A stretch of 21,565 nucleotides of DNA from an uncultured Acidobacteriota bacterium (GTDB taxonomy: Bacteria; Acidobacteriota; Polarisedimenticolia; J045), in assembly GCA_963702425.1 (NCBI GenBank), contig CAVPCQ010000002.1, positions 1 to 21,565 of the forward strand, given 5' to 3'. Both the position numbers and the translations under genes were made by a program. The stretch's first letter is position 1, and every line of letters begins with the position of its first letter. A model generated the notes under the pieces. The model made no database searches and was not told where the DNA came from. It saw only the letters and a list, made by a program, of their open reading frames with translations. This document shows, in pieces, positions 16,216-21,565 of this stretch.

Positions 16216-18579
16216 TCAGGAGGCCAGGGGTCCGGGTCTGTCCCCGTCGCGCGCCCGGTCTCGGCCTTCGGCGTTCGCCACGGTTCTTCCCGCCCGGCGG
16301 TCCGGCTCCGCTCGTCCGGTCAGCCGCTCGTTGCGGTAGGTCCGCCCGCCGAGGGTGAAGTCCAGGTCGAGCGGTGCCCGGCCGCGGACCCGCATCGTGC
16401 CGCCGTGCTCTCCGCGCTGGTGGTGGTGGCGGCAGAGGGTGACGCGATTTCCCGGTGAGTCGTCCCCGTCGCGCGAGCGGTACCGGACGTGGTGATCCTC
16501 CAGGTTGGCATGCGCGGTGCAGCCGGGGGCCATGCAGCGCCAGCCGTCCCGGGCGTAGATCCCCACCCGGCCGCGGTGCTCGTCGTGGATCGCGGCGTAC
16601 GAGGTGAGGAGCGCGACCAGGCCCAGCCAACGTGCGTCGAAGAAGGCGATGTCGGCGGAAAACGTCTGGACACTCCGGGAGGCGGCGCCGAGCGCCCCGA
16701 GGAAATCCGCGGCCCGGGAGAACGGGAGGACGAGCAGCAGCGGGACGACGTCATGGGACCGCTCGGCGGCGAGCTGCGCACAAGTGCGCAGTCGCGTGGC
16801 GCTCTCGCCGGGCCTGCGGCCGAGCGACCCGTGCCAGTCGGCATCCGGCACCGGATCGGCCGGATCGGCCGTACGCAACAGCCGCCGCTCCCGCAGCAGG
16901 GCGCGCTCGTCGTCGAGGCGCTTGACCGTCACCGTGGCGGCGTGTTCGGCCCACCAACGTTCGAGCGGGAGGGGGACGGGCTTCCGGCCGAGGCCGAGCA
17001 CGCGCACGACGCGCAGTGCGGCGGCGGGAGAAAGCCGACGCTTGTCCCACGCCTGCCTGACGACGGGGAGGTGCTCCAGCGCACTTGCCAGCAGCGCAGC
17101 GTCTTCCGCGCTCGAGCGCGAAAGGCCGAGGCGGGCCTCGGAATAGTGCCGGAGGCTGTTGAAGCCGAGCGTGCGCCAGGCTCGGCGGGCGCGCAGTTGG
17201 GCCAGCAACTCCCCCAGGACCCCCCGCACCTCCTGCTCGAGCGCGAGCAGGGCCTGGAGGCGCCGGGCCGCAGCCGTAGAGCAGATGTCCCCGAGCCCTG
17301 ACCGTAGCGCCCGCGCCCGCTGCGCCAACTCGCCGGCGCGCGCGATGACCTGCGCGGCTGCAGCGTCGAACTCCGATCCGGTCGGGGGCCCGGGCGGAAA
17401 ACGTTCGGACGCGGCGTCGGCCTCCGAGCCGGCTTCCGAGCCGGCCTCCGAGCCGGCTTCCGAGCCGGCCTCCGAGCCGGCCTCCGAGCCGGCTTCCGAG
17501 CCGGCCTCCGAACCGGCCTCCGAGCCGGGAAGGGATCCCGGCGGAAAACGTCTGGACGCAGCGTCGCGCCGCTGCCGCTCAGCGTCCGCGTTCCGGCGCC
17601 GGTCCCACGCCGTCTCGCGCTCCTCATCGTCGAGTGCGCGAACGGCGGCGAGACGATCGAATGCGCTCGTCATGTCCGGCCGGACGGCGAGCCCCGAGGC
17701 CCGCGCCTCGGCGACCAGCGCATCGGTGAAGTCGGACGTCGAGGTGCGCTGCCCGACGACCCGTTCGTGCAGACGCCGGATCTCGTGGAATGCGGCGACC
17801 ACCGGTGCGGGGAGGTCGATCCTCAGCCGGAGCAACGGCTCCCGGTCCTCATCGACCAGGGGGTCGCCGTCGAGGCTGGGCGCCTCGCCATCCGTGGACT
17901 CAGCGTTCGGGTGCGAGCCGTCATCCCCGGGTAGCACGTCGTCGGAAGGGCTCTCTATGCGGATCCCGATCGACTCCAGGTAGCGCCGGTTCCATGGAAG
18001 CGCAGCGGCCTCACGAAAGGCCGGGTCCGAAAGCAGTTCCGGCGACAGATCCGCGATCCACTCGAGATGCGGATCGGGCGGTCTCAACGACGAATCGGGC
18101 CGGCCTGTCGCGTCGACCGGATGCCGCGCGCCCGCGGCCCGCGCCCGCCGGAGATGCTGTCGAAGCTCGCGCACGCTGACCGCGCGGCCCAGCGCGATCC
18201 AGCTCGGGAGAGCGTCGCCCGGCGGCTCGAAGCGCGCGATCGCCACGGCGGCGACGGTGCCGAGCGGCAGCTTGCCGTCGGAGCCTTCGACAGCGGCGAG
18301 CAGCCGATCCGTGGTCCAGGTCGAGCGTCCGAGCGCCGCCATGTCGCGCAGCCAGCGCGCAGTCCGCCCCAGTTGTTCGCGGGCGAAGTCCTCGGCCCGC
18401 GCGAAGCCGAGGCCCGTCCAGGCGCGGTCGCGGCAGGCCTCCGACGCGGTGATCGCGATCGGAAGCGTCATGCGGTGCAGGGCGGCGACGAGCGCCGCGG
18501 CGAGCGCGTCGAGCTGCTCGATCGATCCGCCCGATGGGACCTGGCACGGAGAAGGGGTCTCGGCTCCTGCAACGCGCAT
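16216..18579 (-). CDS. Large HNH endonuclease (DUF222-like helical N-terminus, C-terminal HNH); true 5' end uncertain, possibly frameshifted from ATG 18655
   Basis: C-terminal RDGWRCMAPGC...LEDHHVRYRSRDG...NRVTLCRHHH is a Zn-binding HNH motif. Two internal copies of an AWxxLGF...E.LG module and a (GSEA)9 tract. Confidence 0.85.
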   Translation of the reverse strand: MRVAGAETPSPCQVPSGGSIEQLDALAAALVAALHRMTLPIAITASEACRDRAWTGLGFARAEDFAREQLGRTARWLRDMAALGRSTWTTDRLLAAVEGSDGKLPLGTVAAVAIARFEPPGDALPSWIALGRAVSVRELRQHLRRARAAGARHPVDATGRPDSSLRPPDPHLEWIADLSPELLSDPAFREAAALPWNRRYLESIGIRIESPSDDVLPGDDGSHPNAESTDGEAPSLDGDPLVDEDREPLLRLRIDLPAPVVAAFHEIRRLHERVVGQRTSTSDFTDALVAEARASGLAVRPDMTSAFDRLAAVRALDDEERETAWDRRRNADAERQRRDAASRRFPPGSLPGSEAGSEAGSEAGSEAGSEAGSEAGSEAGSEAGSEADAASERFPPGPPTGSEFDAAAAQVIARAGELAQRARALRSGLGDICSTAAARRLQALLALEQEVRGVLGELLAQLRARRAWRTLGFNSLRHYSEARLGLSRSSAEDAALLASALEHLPVVRQAWDKRRLSPAAALRVVRVLGLGRKPVPLPLERWWAEHAATVTVKRLDDERALLRERRLLRTADPADPVPDADWHGSLGRRPGESATRLRTCAQLAAERSHDVVPLLLVLPFSRAADFLGALGAASRSVQTFSADIAFFDARWLGLVALLTSYAAIHDEHRGRVGIYARDGWRCMAPGCTAHANLEDHHVRYRSRDGDDSPGNRVTLCRHHHQRGEHGGTMRVRGRAPLDLDFTLGGRTYRNERLTGRAEPDRRAGRTVANAEGRDRARDGDRPGPLAS
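17419..17526. repeat. Tandem repeat, 9 x 12 bp (consensus GGCYTCCGAGCC), encoding (GSEA)9 in the HNH protein
   Basis: Nine contiguous units counted directly; the variants (C/T at unit position 4, one G>A) are synonymous in the minus-strand frame. Confidence 0.97.
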
Positions 18580-18660
18580 CGCCCGTCGCGTCGGCGGGTG
18601 CGGCCTCGATCGTCGCGGTGGCCGGATCGGCCTGCATCAAGGAGCTGCACCCCATGGAGT

Positions 18661-18705
18661 CCTCCTCGCATCGAGAAGTCTACAAGACGGAAGTTTGTCT
18701 GTCAA
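18661..18705 (-). promoter_or_regulatory. Near-consensus sigma70 promoter and RBS upstream of the HNH locus
   Basis: Minus strand: TTGACA (18705-18700), 17-nt spacer, TAGACT (18682-18677), then AGGAGG (18666-18661), 5 nt, ATG at 18655. Confidence 0.8.
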
Positions 18706-18850
18706 TGATTGATGTCGACATGTCCCATCTCCGGGAAGTTCCGTTGCGGCGCACGAGGAGGAGTCGACAACGAGTCGATCGGCATGGAGTGGAAGCAGCA
18801 GCCGGCGGATCCGCGTGACGCACTCACGCGGAGCGGCGCGCGGGCGAAAC

Positions 18851-18970
18851 GCGGCGCGATCTCCTGAAGCGGTCGCCGGTGCGGCACGTACTCTCCAAGC
18901 CGCGGCCGGTGCGGCGATCTCTCTCGAGACGACTGTCGGTACGGCACGAGCAACCGAGCCAACCGTCGAG
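18851..18970. repeat. Degenerate tandem repeat, 4 x 30 bp
   Basis: Units start at 18851, 18881, 18911 and 18941 with RCGGC and end in gccggt, gccggt, gtcggt and gtcgag. Confidence 0.6.
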
Positions 18971-19295
18971 GCGCGGCCAGGCTCGCCGCGCGCCGTCGGC
19001 GCGCCGCGTCGACCACCGAGGTGCGCCCCAGGCGGGGCCGCGGCGCCGGATCGCCTCCTGGAACGGGGCAGCCGGCCCGGGGCCCGCGGGCCGCAGCGGT
19101 CCGAAAGGCGGCCGCGGGGGAGCGCGGCGGCGGCCGGCGGTGCCATGCCGGGCGTCACGGCCGCGGGCCCCCGGGCGCTACCGATCGCAGGAACGCCCCG
19201 AGAATGTCCGCCAATGCCCGCGGGCGTCCGCCCGCCCAGCCGGCCGATGTTCCCAGAAATCCCTATCCCATAAACAGTTAGGATCGAGAAATCAT

Positions 19296-19325
19296 TTGAC
19301 GGAGCGGGTAACTTCTCAGTAAATT
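19296..19325 (+). promoter_or_regulatory. Putative sigma70 promoter for the Fe-S oxidoreductase
   Basis: TTGACG (19296-19301), 18-nt spacer, TAAATT (19320-19325) within an AT-rich patch (about 19255-19335). Confidence 0.6.
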
Positions 19326-19420
19326 AGCTTCGTTCAAGCTCGACCGGCCCGCGCAATCGGTGGGCCGGGAGCAGTTGCCGCGGCCCGGGGTGGGCCGCGC
19401 GCGCCGGATGGGGCGTACCG

Positions 19421-21565
19421 ATGTCCTTCGGGTGGGAGCAGGGAGTCCTGGCACTCCTCATGGCGGGGAGCGCAGCGCTCTTCGTCCGCACCCTCTCCAT
19501 GAAGCTGTCCTGGGTTGCCGCCGGGGCGGTGGACCGTCCGCGCACCGACCACGCCGGCCGGCGGCTCGCGGAGACGCTGCGCGAGGTCTTGCTCCAGACG
19601 CGGGTGATCGGCGGGCGGCCCGTCGTCGGGGTGCTGCACGCGATCGTGATGTTCGGCTTCGTGCTCTTCGCGATCGAGACGGTCGACCACTTCGCGCACG
19701 GCTTCGGCCTGAAACTGCTCGAACCGCTGCTCGGGCCCGCCTACCCCGCCTACCGCGTGGCGATGGCGGTGGTCGCGGTGCTGGTCAGCGTCGCGATCCT
19801 GGGCCTGGCCTTCCGGCGATTCGTGCTGGTGAAGTCGTCGCCCGACCCGAAGTCGTGGACCTCGGCGGTGGTCGCGCTGTTCATCCTGGTGCTGATGCTG
19901 ACCTATCTGAACGGGATGCGCGCCGAACCGTTCGCGCCGCGCGCCAACTGGTGGGTCCACGCGCTGGTCATCCTGGCCTTCCCGTACCTGATCCTGAAGA
20001 GCAAGCACTTCCACATCCTGCTGGCGCCCGCGGCGATTTTCACGCGGCTCCCGCGGCTGGGCGACTACGCCCCGATCGACCTCGAGAAGGTGATGTCCGA
20101 GGAGGCGACGGACGTCACACTCGGGCTCGAGGCGGTCAAGGACATCCCGTGGAAGACGCGCCTCGACTTCCTGTCGTGCGTCGAGTGCCGCCGCTGCACC
20201 GACAACTGCCCGGCCCACGTGGCCGGGAACGTGCTCGACCCGCGCGGCTTCATCCTGGCCGGCCGGCGCGCGCTGGCCGCGGGGAAGCCGGACGACGTCG
20301 TCATCGGGCCGATGGCCGAGGCCGCCCCGCCCGTGCTCACCGAGGAGGCGCTGGGGGTCTGCGTCACCTGCGGCGCCTGCGAGTACGGCTGCCCCGTGGG
20401 AGTCGAGCACCTGCAGCTACTGATCGGCACGAAGCGGGCGCAGACCCTGGCCAGCGGCCGCGGCGTCGTGGCAGCCGACTTCTTCCACGCGATCGAGTCG
20501 ACCGGCAACGCCCTCGCGCGGCCGAAGTCCGACAGGGCCACGCTCCTGAAGGAGCTGGAGCTGCCGCGCTTCACCGGCGCGGAGGGCGAGTGGCTGCTCT
20601 GGTTGGGCTGCATCTGGGGCTCCAACCGCGACCAGCGGCCCGCCGTCGCGGCGTTCAAGCAACTGCTCGACGCGGCGCAGGTCCCCTACGGCGTGCTGGA
20701 CGAGGAGGTCTGCTGCGGCCACCACTCGCGCCGGCAGGGGGAGGAGGTCCAGTACCAGGACCTGGCGCGCCGGACGATCGAGCTGCTGCGCGAGAAGAAG
20801 GCCCGGAAGATCGTCACCGCCTGCCCGCACTGCCTGCACACGATGCGGCGCGAGTACCCACAGCTCGACGGCGGCGCGGCGGACCTGGAGATCGTGCACC
20901 ACGCGCAGCTTCTGGAGCGGCTCGCGACCGACCGCCGGCTGCCGCTGAAGGCCGTGGCGGGCGCGGGGGAGGCCGTCGCCTTCCACGACCCCTGCTACCT
21001 CGCGCGCTACGAGGGCGAGACCGCCGCGCCGCGCGCGGTGCTCGCGGCGGCGGGCGTGTCGCTGGTGGCCCTGCCGCACGAGCGCGCGCGCACGCTCTGC
21101 TGCGGCGGCGGCGCGGCCGGGTTCGCGCGCGAGATCAGGCATGGCAAGCGGGTCGATCCGCCGCGGCGCGACGAAATCGTCGCGTCGGGTGCGAAGCGGC
21201 TGGTGACCGCCTGCCCGGAGTGCCGGATGATGCTCGACGCCGCGGTCGAGCAGACACAAGACATCGCCGAGGTCCTCGCGGCGTCGCTGGTGCGCGTCGA
21301 GCCCGTCTCGAAGGCCCCGGCCGGAGGACATGACATCGGGGAAGGAGAAACGATGTACAAGCCGGTCCAAGACGACCCCGAGCTCGAAGCGAAGATCCTG
21401 CAGATGTTCGAGCATCACCCGCAGGAGGAGCTGCAGCTCCTCGACATCGCCGGCAAGGCGCACGTGAGCTGCAAGCTGTGCGACCTGCGCCACGCCGCCG
21501 ACCACCTGGTCGAGGAAGGCCAGCTCTGCCTGTGCCGGCACGGCGGCGGGCGCTACTACAAGCTG
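19421..21565 (+). CDS. Membrane-anchored heterodisulfide-reductase-like Fe-S oxidoreductase (FadF/HdrF-like) with an in-frame C-terminal winged-helix-like extension; runs off the window end
   Basis: Not in the ORF track because it has no stop inside the window; I translated 715 codons by hand from MSFGWEQGVLALL. TM region with His residues (GVLHAIVMFGF, WWVHAL, SKHFH), ferredoxin motifs CVECRRCTDNCP and CVTCGACEYGCP, and two CCG domains (WLGC...EVCCG...TACPHC; FHDPCYLAR...LCCGGG...TACPEC). Confidence 0.92.
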   Translation, partial: MSFGWEQGVLALLMAGSAALFVRTLSMKLSWVAAGAVDRPRTDHAGRRLAETLREVLLQTRVIGGRPVVGVLHAIVMFGFVLFAIETVDHFAHGFGLKLLEPLLGPAYPAYRVAMAVVAVLVSVAILGLAFRRFVLVKSSPDPKSWTSAVVALFILVLMLTYLNGMRAEPFAPRANWWVHALVILAFPYLILKSKHFHILLAPAAIFTRLPRLGDYAPIDLEKVMSEEATDVTLGLEAVKDIPWKTRLDFLSCVECRRCTDNCPAHVAGNVLDPRGFILAGRRALAAGKPDDVVIGPMAEAAPPVLTEEALGVCVTCGACEYGCPVGVEHLQLLIGTKRAQTLASGRGVVAADFFHAIESTGNALARPKSDRATLLKELELPRFTGAEGEWLLWLGCIWGSNRDQRPAVAAFKQLLDAAQVPYGVLDEEVCCGHHSRRQGEEVQYQDLARRTIELLREKKARKIVTACPHCLHTMRREYPQLDGGAADLEIVHHAQLLERLATDRRLPLKAVAGAGEAVAFHDPCYLARYEGETAAPRAVLAAAGVSLVALPHERARTLCCGGGAAGFAREIRHGKRVDPPRRDEIVASGAKRLVTACPECRMMLDAAVEQTQDIAEVLAASLVRVEPVSKAPAGGHDIGEGETMYKPVQDDPELEAKILQMFEHHPQEELQLLDIAGKAHVSCKLCDLRHAADHLVEEGQLCLCRHGGGRYYKL
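21353..21565 (+). CDS. Possible separately initiated small Cys/His-rich winged-helix protein, in frame with the upstream oxidoreductase; 3' end outside the window
   Basis: RBS GAAGGAGA (21341-21348) before ATG 21353. Peptide MYKPVQDDPELEAKILQMFEHHPQEELQLLDIAGKAHVSCKLCDLRHAADHLVEEGQLCLCRHGGGRYYKL shows a three-helix plus beta-wing pattern. Confidence 0.55.
   Translation, partial: MYKPVQDDPELEAKILQMFEHHPQEELQLLDIAGKAHVSCKLCDLRHAADHLVEEGQLCLCRHGGGRYYKL

Noticed and set aside
17419-17526. Possible CRISPR array
   Set aside because: Contiguous 12-bp units with no spacers, in frame inside a CDS, and no cas genes in the window.
19091-19117. Resemblance of GCGGTCCGAAAGGCGGCCGC to SRP RNA helix 8
   Set aside because: The conserved CAGG...AGCAG internal-loop residues are absent; only the GNRA hairpin matches.
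19360-21333. 657-aa plus-strand ORF in the track
   Set aside because: Arg/Gly/Pro-rich shadow frame. The real gene is the frame starting at 19421, which holds all Fe-S and CCG motifs and was missed because it has no stop in the window.

Overview
GC-rich chromosomal window from a diderm bacterium (it encodes a TonB-dependent receptor and an outer-membrane beta-barrel). I read about 13 real genes; most other ORFs in the track are GC-rich shadow frames. In order: (1) a three-gene exported operon in which every product carries a CxxC motif: a GSDH-like beta-propeller fused to a redoxin domain, a CxxC-plug TonB-dependent receptor, and a thioredoxin with a helical tail; (2) a B12-binding radical SAM enzyme; (3) two divergent GT-C glycosyltransferases with TPR tails (AftB-like and TMTC-like); (4) nadB; (5) a stand-alone E2-type acyltransferase domain coupled to an Aur1-like PAP2 protein, then a beta-barrel OMP and a hemolysin III/PAQR protein; (6) a large HNH endonuclease with a 9 x 12-bp tandem repeat, whose near-consensus promoter and AGGAGG RBS point to an out-of-frame ATG; (7) a FadF/HdrF-like membrane Fe-S oxidoreductase missing from the ORF track (19421 to beyond the window end). 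Its frame continues without a stop into a Cys/His-rich winged-helix-like domain that has its own strong RBS. Several genes look leaderless. I found no rRNA, tRNA or CRISPR array. All family assignments come from motif recognition by eye, not database searches.
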